NCBI GenBank assembly: GCA_002633005.1
Contig: NMRA01000138.1
Span: forward strand, 650,684 to 714,683
Length of the DNA: 64,000 bases
From: Phoronis australis
Lineage: Eukaryota; Animalia; Phoronida
Reading direction: 5' to 3'
Shown here in pieces: positions 1 through 12,800 of the stretch. Positions within the stretch are counted from its first letter, which is position 1. Each line of letters starts with the position of its first letter. Under the pieces are notes generated by a model, which did not search any database, had not been told where the DNA came from, and was given only the letters and a program-made list of their open reading frames with translations. A program made the translations under genes and the position numbers.

Positions 1-458
1 CTTTTTGATCTACTGATCTACAGAGTTCCACAGTCAATCAGCTTTCGTCAGGAAGCTTTCCTAAGCTTCTTTAGGCTCTGACATCACAATTTTGTGCTGT
101 TTGATAAACCTTGAATTATACAGGCATCACACTCCATGGGAGCAGCCATATTGAAGTAACTAAGCACAACAATACAATCTGGCTCTCTGATTGGTCAATT
201 CAATAGAAAAGCGCCATCAAGTGGCAGGAATGTGCATCATATTTTGTGCAACAAAAACACCTTTTTTTAAAAAAATGTGCAAGTGTAGACGTGGGAACTT
301 TTTGGAATTTGATTTATAGGTATATTATCTAGCCACATAGAAAAAACTAGGTTGCCCCCCCAAAGTACTCACAAGGATGAACGCTATGAGATCTGGCCCA
401 CCAACTAGAATGTATGAATTAATAGAACAATTAGCCAATTACTATTCTCCCGTTGGTG

Positions 459-562
459 ACTTTTTGGAGAATGCACAGAGTATTTTAATACTCTGTGCAT
501 TCTCCAAAAAGTAGATATAGTCTACAAAAACATTTAAAAATGTTTTTGTAGACTATATCTAC
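459..562. repeat. Two adjacent perfect inverted repeats (26-bp and 25-bp arms, 2-nt loops)
   Basis: actttttggagaatgcacagagtatt-tt-aatactctgtgcattctccaaaaagt (459-512) and gtagatatagtctacaaaaacattt-aa-aaatgtttttgtagactatatctac (511-562). Confidence 0.95.
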
Positions 563-663
563 CTATTTCACAGTTGCAGCACATACAGGTATTTGGCACC
601 AATAGTTACTTGCCAAAGGCTAGCTTTTAATGAATATGCCTCTCTAGCTGCATCCAGCCCTAC

Positions 664-846
664 CTGAATCTGACAGTCTGCCATAGACTGCGCTTCCACT
701 CCATCCGCCGAGATGGGTTTAATCTTGCGCACGCCAGATACGCGACTACTCATGCCAACAGCAAACTCCACCAGCAATGTTCTCACCTCACTCAGGTATG
801 GACAACAGGTGTAAACAAGCTGTTGGTCCACCAGATGAAGTGAGTC
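664..846 (-). CDS. CDAN1: CDAN1 exon 15 ([25 protein letters not shown]...CQIQ)
   Basis: Acceptor gtttag|GAC, donor CAG|gtaggg; VDQQLxYTCCPY motif. Confidence 0.94.
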
Positions 847-3800
847 CTAAACATGTGGAGGAGAGAGATCAGCATTGACCTGAATATAGATAACTGGATC
901 AAAGTTCATGACCTTGTTATAAATAATGAGTATTAGCAAGTTGAAACCTTTTTCAAATTACTGAGCAGACAGGTTTACAATCAAATATATTTAAAGGTGC
1001 TGTCAAACTCACTATCAATAATAAGCAAAATTATTAAATTAACCAAATTTTTCAATGCAGGTACAAGAGAATATCACAGAATGTCAACAAAAAGAAAGGC
1101 ACCACTTAAAAACATCTCGACTTGCTAACAAAACATACCAAACTGCCAGAAGGTGGCGGTACCATTAGGGTCGAGGCATTCTCGGTGAAAAACAGCTCTT
1201 CTGGAAATGCTGGAGTCTGCAAAACAAAATAACATATTAATTGTCTTATCTTCATAATTATTCAAACCACAAAATAAATTTTTTAACACCAGAGTGTCCG
1301 TCCATTGACTTGTAAGTACAAAATTACAAAACACTAGAACCCAACTTCAAGGCCAATTCTTAATGACCAAATAGTTTATGCCCAAACACAACATGTGTCT
1401 TGCAAAATAATTAAAAGAGTACCAGGATGATGTAACTGAGAATTGTTTTACCTGAAAAAGCCAGCCCAACATTAAAACAAGAAGCAGGCTGGCATAGTCT
1501 TGGTCTTGGTGAAACAGTAATGACCCTCGACGTCTGAAATAAAGCAAAGCCCAGAATGGATAAAGAAGATTTGATATCTAATCAAACTAATGGTCCGACT
1601 CAAAAAACATAATCATGGCAGATCAGATATTATGCTGAGACATGCTATGACTCACTGCTGGCAAGCTACAGTATATAAGCCTAACCAGTGACCTGTTTCC
1701 CTACTCTGAAACCAATTAAAGGAAAAACGTTGTGCATATTATGACTGGAGGAATCGGAACATGTTTATTTTATTAGAACTCTTGGCATGGAACAAAATAA
1801 AGCAATCTATAACATCAAAATAAAGCAATCTATAACATCAAGGGCAGCAGTTATAATTGTCCAGCGATAATAATGTATAAACTTTAAAAATATTTTCATA
1901 AACTGTTATACCATTACGACAATCAAACAGTGCTTTCTGAACAGTTCATCTTACCTGTAGATCTGAACAAGCAGTACCAGGACTGATTTGTAGTAGCGTA
2001 AACCAGAGGCTACTAAGTCCATCATGGAGATGAACTCCACAAGCCATGGCACAGTCAGACACGTACGGTGGTCAAGGCAGCTTAGTCTGAGGCACTCACA
2101 CACATCTAGAGGAGGCACACTCTACAAGAAATGCCACAAATTGATTCACATCCTAGGTGCTCAGAAAAGCCCACTGATGAGAGGGTGGTTTCATCTGTTA
2201 CTTCTTGCAATAAAATGTAACCAGTTACTACAAACCATTGTCAATGTTTAAAATTGCTCAATGTAATAAGGTATACTCACAGCACACACTTCTCTGATGG
2301 CTCTTTACTCACAAAAATCTCCTTATCTCAAGGTACAGTTGTAGCCAAAGTTATTGGCCTACATGCTTGTCCAAATCATACATACCTTGTCTCTGATCAG
2401 TAAACAGGTCGCCTCCATCATGTCAGGGGGCCTCTCTGCTGTCTGATAGGGCAGGAACACTAGAAAACCCAGGAACTTTGCCAGCAGACGCAGAGTAAGG
2501 ACACACGAAGCGTAACACTCTCGCTGGTCGTTAACATCTGACTGGGACTCAGGTGGCACAAACTGGGTGTCGTTTAACTGAAACAATGCGATTTTTCAAT
2601 ATCAAATTACAACAAATTGCTGCAAGTATATACATAATATACTTAAACAGCCAAATTTCTTGTTTCCAAAAACATCATTAATTAACAAAACTTAATACAT
2701 CTGCATATGTTGTAAAATGTAGAAACAGGTCGTATTGACTGATCTTGCTAAACTGAACAGCAAATTGATTGAGGTCATCAACCTAAAAACAGTTCCTTAG
2801 TCAAATATCAAAGACTGAGCCGAATAAACTCAAAAGATTGATGTAAAAAATCTGAATTTAACCACTGTTCACATTTAAACTGAATTAGACATAAACTTAA
2901 ACCTTACTAAAATTAGAAGTTATTGTTGGACTTAAAAAGACCAGAAATGTAACGCAATAGTACACACTTCAAGAAATCAGACAAATCATGTTTCTCCCTG
3001 ACAAGACATTCAATACCCCCCTCCAGGCTGTACCAAAAAGCTCAATATGAAAACATGCATAAAACCCTTGTTTGTCCGTTTCAATGCATTGAGAATTTTA
3101 CTGGCATGACCACACTTTAGTCTTACAACTCATTTACGTTGCCTTAATGTAATTGTAATGGAAAGGTGCCACTCACATTTAGCAGCGGTGTGGGTGATGG
3201 GTGATTCGATTTAGTGATGGGGGGTATCCTATCTCTTTGGTCGCAATAAACTGCACCTTAATCGTATATGCGTGATTATATCCCAACTGCAGAATTACCT
3301 GCGTTCTCCACCGTCATGACCGACACTTATTACAAGGGTGAACTTTAATACCACTAAATCATCATGATAAAAATTCCGCAAGCACAAAGCTGACGTTACT
3401 CGGAATGACAGCTCATTTTGCCTGCATGTTTTTGGCGTGTACTGTAGATTGCTTTGCAATCCACGAACAATTTTTTACCACATTCCCAATTCTTTAGATA
3501 GTTCACATGAGCTGTGTTTATTTCAGCAAATGAAATAAAATAAAATACCTCCATAATTTTTACAGAGAAGCTGTCCATTAGATGCTGATTCAGTATCGGG
3601 TTGGCAGCAGCTAGGATGAAGTCACGGAAGAACTCCTGACAACCTGGGAATGAGACAGGCGGACACGGACCCTTTGAGGAAGACGGTGCACTGAACCGGT
3701 CCTCAAGTCTGGAATGGTAGAAACATCGCTGGCATAATCAAAATACTGTACTGTGACTAAAAACATTCTATAACATTTACAATGAAGAAAAGAAACATGC

Positions 3801-6800
3801 TTTTGAGAAACAAAGTCTTTTGGAGACAGATTTCTGACTCTAGACAATTGCTCGACAACTCTATCAAGATGTGAATTGGTTTGATGTTTCTTACTGCAAA
3901 ATCTCAGGAATGTCAGACAAAAATAATTGCCAAAATAGACCTTTTTCATTTTGCGATCATTTTTCAGATGCTTCTAACTTTGAACATCTACATATTCTAA
4001 AAACATTGTATAGAACTTTGAATCGTCAAAGCATCTATTTGATATTATACACACTTTCTAAAAAATAAAAAATGAAATAACCAGGCCGCCATATTGTGTC
4101 CTAAATTGAGAGCTTTTACAGTAAATGTATGAGCGTAAATTTCACGTTTATTTTGACTTTACCAGGACAAACCACATGCCAGATAACCATTTGAACACAG
4201 GTGAACTATGATAAGAGTTCAGAAATGCGATGCATCGAAATTGGTTTATGTTAGACATGACCTTCCCATAAGCTAAGACCACATGTGGATAGCTATTGAC
4301 GAAAAAAGTCACAAACATCACAGCCTCATATTACAGGACTTGATTTCTGATCTTTGCCAGTAATTGTAGACATACCACAAGACTTGAGCAAGCCCTGTGG
4401 TATATCTACAATTATAGGCAAAGATCAGAGATGAGTACCACTCAGCCAGCAAACTTAAATAAAACAAGAGCAACACAGAGTGTTGAAATGCGCCCATGAT
4501 AGCACCGTGTGCTTATACCAATGTTTTTAGTATAATCATAAAAATGGCCATTTGATAGCGAAGAATATGTCAAACCTCTCTGAATTGGGAAGGTAGCGTC
4601 TGCTCTGAGCTATAAATATGTGGGCATATAATAAAAACTATTAACGACACAGATTTTCATTATTGCAATTTCTAATGATACAGTAATATTTTAACTCTTT
4701 CACGGCCAAATTTATCAGCGACAGTGATATTCTGAGGAAACTTAGAAAGTAGGGTGCAATTGCTAAAAACCCAGTGGATTAGCAGCAATGAAACCTTCAT
4801 GCTAATATGCAAATACATTGCTTGTATTTTAAAACATGGTGTCCTATATTAATGCAGGTATTTCCAAGGAAGAGTATTGAAGATTTCAAAGAAACAAATG
4901 ACAATAGTCAATGAAGGGCTTTGTTCGAAATACATACTACGGTACCTACTTCATCTGACATTACAAACACAGATCCCTATTAACCTAATGTGTTTTGAGT
5001 ACAAAATAAGTATGACACTAATTTTGAAAAGAAAAAATAGAATGGAAAATTTGAAGAATAACTTTGAGATTGACTTTTCGAGTTTGGAAATTAGACCCTA
5101 GCAGTGTTCTCCACATCTGAAAATCTAAACAGGTCGCACGCGTAAAAACTGCAACGTGCCGGAACCGCGCGGCGGTCAACGTTCTCCATAAGCTAGTGTG
5201 CTGTTTTTTGTGCACCTTATTTTTTACCCACTCATTGTAATAGTAATGCACAATAGTGCAAACAAACAGCTGTGTGTATTCAACTTTTTATTTTTAAAAG
5301 TTGGACTTATTTACAAACATATCACATATGTCATAACCCATTTGCTTAGTCAATGACTTTGAAATGGAAGTCTACATAGTGTTTGATACAGTATGGGGAA
5401 ATGTTTTAGGCTACTCAATAATGATGTCAATGTCACCTAATTACGAAAAGTCTAACACAGAAGTAAACTTTTCCAATGACGTAGACATTCCAAGTGAAGT
5501 GTCTTTGTAAGTCAGTCACATTTTTATGTCTTGATGGCAGTTTACGTTTTCTCTCAGTCTGTACGTGTAATATCTTGGACGGGAGTGTCAGGCCTGTTGA
5601 TGACAACCAATATCACCACCATCTGGGCCTCGATTATCTGTCGTATCTGCATCTGAGTCAACGTCAGTATCTGAAACATCACTCGGTTTTTAAAAAAACC
5701 CTTAGGTTTAGCGGTGCTTCCATTTCGCGAGGCAGACGACATTTCTAAGTATGTAGAATGCGCATGTCAATTGGTAACGGAAGCCAGGATAGAATTCACT
5801 AACGTAAGGACCACGCGAGGTAAACAAAACTCTGCGAGATTACGCGAGACATTACCGCTTGATTTCAATGAGAGCACGTGATTGTAGCTGCAATTTCTCA
5901 GCGCGAAACGCATATACTTTGAACTTTACTCAGTGACGTCACCCGCTGTCCCAAATCTCGGAATACTCCCCCGAAACCGCAAACGTCAGAGCCACTATCG
6001 AAGTTGAGTTTGCGAACGGCTCGGCAGATTTTTTGAGGGAGTATGCGCCACAATCATAATGTTCATGCTGCCAACGAAACTCCTTATAAGGCAACGAGAT
6101 GAACTCGGTCAATCTCAATGGGCCGGTGGCACAAAAAGTAACCAATAATATTCATCTAAGTGAGAAATACACAAACAACAACCAATGAGAACCATCAAAG
6201 GCAGTTTCATGCAAATGTTTTTGAGACTGGTATCGGTAAAGTCTGTCGTAGGGCCAACGGAATATTGAAAAATCTGCTACGAAAACCAAAATTCTGGCTT
6301 CCCAGAAGACGGCCGTTGCATAAACTGCTGCGCAACGGTGTCTTTGCTGACAACGTATACTTCGCAGAACTAACCACCGACCTTAATTATTTTATTTTCA
6401 ATGGGTAATATGATTAGTTCTCCGCCGAACACGAAAAGGTGACTGCAAAAGCGAAAAGGCCTAACGCAACGATCAGCGACTTTCGTGCCGGACTGCACCT
6501 CCAGTGAGCAGGTAGTGGATTAGGCGTTTAGGTAGCACGGGGCCTTTTTTTAAATTGACTAGTTGTTCGGGATGAATTGAAAAGATAATCGAGAGATTAT
6601 TTACACGCCGCGTTACATCATAAATAGACTTGCGGTCCGGTCTGCCGCTTGAGTGAGTCCGGTGATTAGGCTGTCCACAACGGGACCACTGACTTCCTTA
6701 GGCTTAGCCTTTATTCAGTTTCAGTGGGCTATGGCCAGTTGCTGTCAAGCGTAATTTGAACCAGTGAAGAACTTATTAACGACGACGACGCCTTTTTTAC

Positions 6801-9800
6801 AAAGTAGTCCCTATATTTTTAAACTGGTCGCGGGATTTTTAAACAGGACGCTGGATTTTTAAACAGGGTGCGGGACATTTAAACAGGACGCGCGCTCGGC
6901 CAAACAGGACGCTGCGACACGTTAAAAGTGGTCGTGGAGAACACTGCCTAGGCCTTGATGTCGTCATTAAGCCGTAGTAATCTCCAACCAAATCTAGGAT
7001 TAACTAGATCAAGGAGCACACCAACTGGAATTTTTGGCAACCTGTTAGTTGGCAAAAGGCATCATTGTCAGTGACAGTTAAAGCTACTCACTTCTTAAAC
7101 TTGTCAGGATTACTTTTTTTCAATTGACTCAGTAATGTGATCTTCTCTTCCTCGCTGTCCCCATTCTGTTGACAGCCATCTTTGCACATCTAAAGTTCAA
7201 AAACAGAGGAACCAGTGATAACAAATGATATAGTTTCCACTGAAAAATAAAGATATCCAATGTCACAAAGTATGAAAATATTGCATTTTTGAAAAGAATC
7301 CCCAAAACGGAGTACACAGTTCCACAGCGTGATAACACATACAGAAAAGTCATTTCTACCCCAACTTCGCTCCTATGTAATGTTATGGCTTGATTTCTAG
7401 TTTTATGACAGGTAACATTCATGTAATGTTTCTGGACACAATTGGTGTGTTTGTGACAGGTAATATTTATGTAATGTTTCTGGACAGAACTGGTGTGTTT
7501 GTCTTACTTTTCTAAGAAAAAACAAAAACAAAACCATGAGCCAAAACCAAACCAAAAAGTCGTAAACTATTTCACCCCTAGTGCATTCTTTGTAGCTACT
7601 GCTAATTAGAAGTACAGCCCAATGCAGTAAGATGGTAGCACGGGTCACCAATTCCATGTGACCAGCAGATCTCGACAAAGCCAGACTCCCATTGAAACAA
7701 TGCATGTGGTTCCAAGAGTACTTTCCATGATTTTTGTCCATAAAAAGGTAGAAAAAGTTATTTGTGCATCACTTGTCTCGCACAATTAAATGCCTTAACC
7801 TGCAAAATGACTCGTAAAATGAGGGTCTTGAATTATTTTTACTTGTTACTTATTAAAATTTTCCAAAAGTTTTCCAAGACTATTTTCATTTCCAAGAAGG
7901 GTTTTAGCTTAGCAACTATTTTGTCACTTGCAGATGTTCAATTATAAAAGACTATATTAGTACTTAAGATTCTTTTGAAAACAAGGGAAACACATACCGA
8001 GATGAGCTGTGCTTGGAACAGTCTCGCTAAATGCAAGTAGTTGGCTAGTTCAGCTCGGTGAGACACTAAGCTCTGTATTCTCTCGCCCATCGCCTCAATC
8101 ATGCTCCAACCCGCAGACTGGTGTTTTTCTTTCCATTCCCGTAGGATCTCATAAAACAAATCTCTACAACACAATGCAATTAGTGACCAGTGTCTAAACT
8201 TTTACTAACTTATTGGTCAAGTAAGGGCTGTTCCAGTAAAATCCGTATGGGAGGGGGGGAAGGCACCTATTTTTCGCACCCACCACCCATACTTTTCATT
8301 TATTTCTTCAGCCTACCACCCGTAATTTTTTATAAGTTTGAAATGCAACCACTCGTAATTTTTTTTTGTTCTTGTGGTTGACTGCACAGGCGCTTGAGTT
8401 TATCTGTTCCTCCATCACCACTAACGTCATTCATTACTAAGAAAACATATGTTTCTTATATATGGTTATTAGCCGTCGAGAAATTCGAGCACCTGTGGTT
8501 AAATGGTATTATGGGCATGTCAATGAGGAGATCGGAGGGAGTGAAAAAGTCGGAGCTTTTTGCAAGTTGCATTTTTGTTTCAGTTTTTGATTCTGTGCGG
8601 ATTGTTTATAAAATTTACTAAAATTACCCACCATCAAACATTTATGGCCCAATGAAACAACAACTACCTGTAAATTTTTATTTTTTTGAAGTACAACCAC
8701 CAGCCATTTTGAATTTAAATCAAACGCAACCACCCATAAATTTTTATTTCAGTTGCCTTCCCCCCCTCCCACACAGATTTTGCTGGAACAGCCCTAAGGA
8801 AGTTGTTGAATCATTACATTGTTTAAACATACAATCTCCTTTTCAAGCAATCAACTTGATAGGGCATATAAATAACAAAAAAACTCAGAAATGATGACAC
8901 AGTAATAATGAAACAATAATGTAGATAGTTTATTAAAATGTAAACTACATTTTTTTCAAGTAAATCTATAATAAGGAAGTTAGATCCTCCTAAATTAAGC
9001 TTTTTAAATACCTACCATCACCAAGATACAAGCTTATTTATAATACCTTTGCTTTTTGAAGACTTGAAAACTTCTGTCATTTGGAAAATTATTTCTGTTG
9101 TCAGTGTCGGCTTGAAAGGAGACACTGCCAAAGGATGTGTTGGGGATAGCTGACACATGCTATGAAGAGACAAAACAAAATATAAAGTTTCACTGGCACA
9201 AATATACATGCGACATACTTGAATCTGTAGAATAGTACTAACCATTTATAAAAATTGATAGTGACATGCTCAGCAAGTGAAAATAATGCCAAACTATGAT
9301 TGTTTCAGGGAATTAGCAAACATGAAGACTAGAAGGTGAAAACAAGTCATGCCGCAATTTCAGCCATGGTTGGATTTTTTACCCAAGGAAACCCCGGCTT
9401 CACTGCAGCAGATATAGGGGAACATTCCAACTGATGAAAGTGTCTTTCGATGCGTACAGAACCATACCATATGCTTTTAAAAGTAAGGTGCACACTTGCC
9501 CACCAGAGGACAGTAACATCAAAGGTTACAATAGATCATTCTCCATTTCCTTCTACTGGATGTAAACAGCACAATGCACATTAATGCGTATACAATTCCT
9601 TCAAAACGCCGAGGCACATTCAACAAAGACAGCGAATCACAAGATACTTGCAGGAAGAACACTTCTGGCTTACACTTTAGGCAACAATCTAGGTGTTTGA
9701 GTACTGCTTCCTACATAAATTCACCATTCAGATTAAGCCTCCAATAATATTCACTGCACACATAAACCACAGACATTACATTGCATTACACTATGGAGTT

Positions 9801-12800
9801 ACCATGTGTCATCTGTACAAATTTGCAAAATGTTGGCCTTGAAAGTACTCCTGGGCTCTGTTTCATAAGAAGTGACTCAAGACTTAAGTAAAAATTTGGC
9901 CTTTAGCTACACACAATTTATGAAAAAAAATTAAATCTCACTTCAGCAGAAGAGCAACCTCTGAGAATACACACATAAGTGCATGTTACTGAGATAATTT
10001 CTATAACTTGTTTCTAGACTGTGATGTGGTCATAATCATTTGATTAAATCTTTAATCAGCAACAGCAACGAGAGAGAGAGAGGGAGAGAGAGAGAGAGAG
10101 AGTGAGGGGGAGAGCAGGGGGAGGGTGAGGGAGAGAGAGAGAGTAGACCTAAATTTCAGTCTGAAGTCACTTTTCATGAAACACACCCCAGACCACATTC
10201 AAGAATAACAGAAAGGAGGATTTAAGGCAGTAACAAGAGACTCACCTTCAAGCAGGCACTTTCATGCAATTCAGTCAGCTTCTTCTTCAACGTGTCGGAG
10301 AAGTCCACAACTCGAAGACTGTCTGACAGCAATCGTAATGTCCCTTTATCAAGTAATGCCACAATCCTGAAATGAGTTAAGTTGCCTAATAAATCAAAAG
10401 CCCAGAATTATAGGACCTTGAATGACGACCAAGAAATAATACAATTGACTGTCACGATAAGGGAATTACATGAATCCCTGTAATGAAATTGTTAACCAAT
10501 AAGAATGCCCAAACTGTCAACCTTTGAATGTATTCTTTGCCTTTCAATTTCATAGTTACTTGCTACAGTACACGCCAAGAGTATTCAGACAAAATGATCA
10601 AGAATTCCCTGGCATGACAGCTGGGCGGAAGCAAAATCCATCTTCCAAGTAGTTTTCCCTCATGACCGAGGACAGTGAGGCAACAGAGTCATTCACTATT
10701 AAATCATAATTTTGCTGTCCTGATAGTTATTAACAAACATTTTGCTGTTAATAAGAGTTAGCCGTCATGAGGCGAAAACAGCATTTTGTCTTGCACTGTA
10801 TGCACCTCAGGAATCAAAATATTTTGACTTAATAAGAAGGACTTATGGCTTATGTTATATTAATGAAGGAGACGATTTTGTAATTAAATTGCTACTACAG
10901 CATTTGCTGGACACTTGCCTCAGCTGCTTTTGTAAAACTGTCACAGTGAAATAGACCACATTGTGTAGAGTTGACAGGTAGTTAATCTCATCGGAGTCCC
11001 TGGAGTTGGTGTCCAGTTCAAACTCTGGTGAAACACCACGGCTGGTCAGTAATTGGATCATAAAGTACAACTCAATGGTGACATTNNNNNNNNNNNNNNN
11101 NNNNNNNNNNNNNNNNNNNNNNNNNNNNNNNNNNNNNNNNNNNNNNNNNNNNNNNNNNNNCCCTCCATCCTTCTCCTTCTTTTTTCGCAGCAATATACTA
11201 CTATTAGTTCTAAAAACAATATTTTGAGAGCACACACACCTCTCCAGGCACTCATTACCTTCAATCAGAGCTGAATACAAACTGGCCAACAAGTTCAGCT
11301 CTCTTTCATGTGTGACCTTTGACCTCTCGGCATGAGTGATCTCCGACAGACTCTGTAGACGTTCCAGCTTCAATTTGGTAGGGGTCGTGGGAGGAGGTAC
11401 AGTAAAGCAGAGACTGGACTCTGCTTTAGACTTGGCAAGTTCTTCCCTATGACAACAAGAGGCTAATGTACAACAGAACAGAGCAATCTAACTCTTACAT
11501 CAACAAAGACTGCAATTCAAACTCAAATTTCTCCAGTAACTTAAAAATATTTTGGTCTTGTAACTGAATCTATTTTAACTCGTGTTTTAATTGATTGCCA
11601 TGCACAACACAACAAGACTCAGGACGGCCATAAGACTTCCAGAGATGGCTGAGTGTTAAGATTATGCAGCAAAGGTCAAAGGTAAACTGACAAGGTCAAA
11701 GGTAAACTGACAACACTACCAGGAGGTCTGCATCATTTCTCCTTGTTTGAGTACGAGTGCAATGGAAGAACAGGGAGCATATCTTGACAGACAATACTTA
11801 GAAAATTCTCAAAATGTCCAAGGGCTCCCAAAGCCTTGGGCAATATTGTAGAGCACTAAAACATCTAGTCATGAAACATTAGAAAACAACTGACCATCCA
11901 CATTACATAATCAAAAATCGACCTGCACCACCTACCCCACATTGCATCAGTGAGTTCACCACAGTAGTCATAGAGTGACAAAAATACCCAACACCAAAAA
12001 TGACATCCAAGAAATGTGGTTTTGTCTGAATACTTTTAATGGCTACCCTGAGAGGGAACCATGAACACAAAGACAGGGAGAACTCTGTGAGATATGAAAA
12101 CACTAAAAATATCCACAAGCATTCCCCTTCATATAAATATTAGTTTTTATTCAGGCCTAGCTGTGAGAACTTGGTTACACCTGAGCAAAAGCGTGTAATG
12201 AACCAGTACCAAGTGGTTTTGGTAACCAATTTCATGAAAAATGCACCCAAAATTACAAACAATGAAGTGACTACATAATACCAAAATAACTCTTACTATT
12301 AGGAGGTACTTCTAATTAGTAGGGAACATTTTCAACTTGGCGAGATGAATTGGTTATAGTTCGAAAAGGTAAATTTTCATGCATTTTTCACAAGTGTTGC
12401 AGCAGTTGCCTTATCAACCAAAGGGCGGTATGATAGTCTCCACTTATTGTGCTAAAAAATAATTGGAAAATTTGACATTTCTGATTTTTCAAAGGCTAAT
12501 TGCATAACTAATAAGTGATATTCAAAGACAAATGCAAAGTACCAACGATAAGAACAAAGAAGTCAAATTTTCTAAACATCCATTTCTTTTGAAAGGCATG
12601 ACAAACATATCTTCCATGTTTCCACCATAATGTCCAATAGACACAGCAACTTCACAAAAGGCTTCCCAATAATGTTGTAGCTTATCAAACATTTGCATTA
12701 CTTCAACAGCTTGATGTCATCCTGTGCACTGATTCCAGATAGGTTTCCAGCAGTGAATGAGTCATTAGATCGGGTGTGGTTCACTGGCGTGGGAGTGATC

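Noticed and set aside
1-458. Next CDAN1 exon (expected L..AFFHNQP-like motif)
   Set aside because: Not found in any minus-strand frame I read; the gene continues outside the window.
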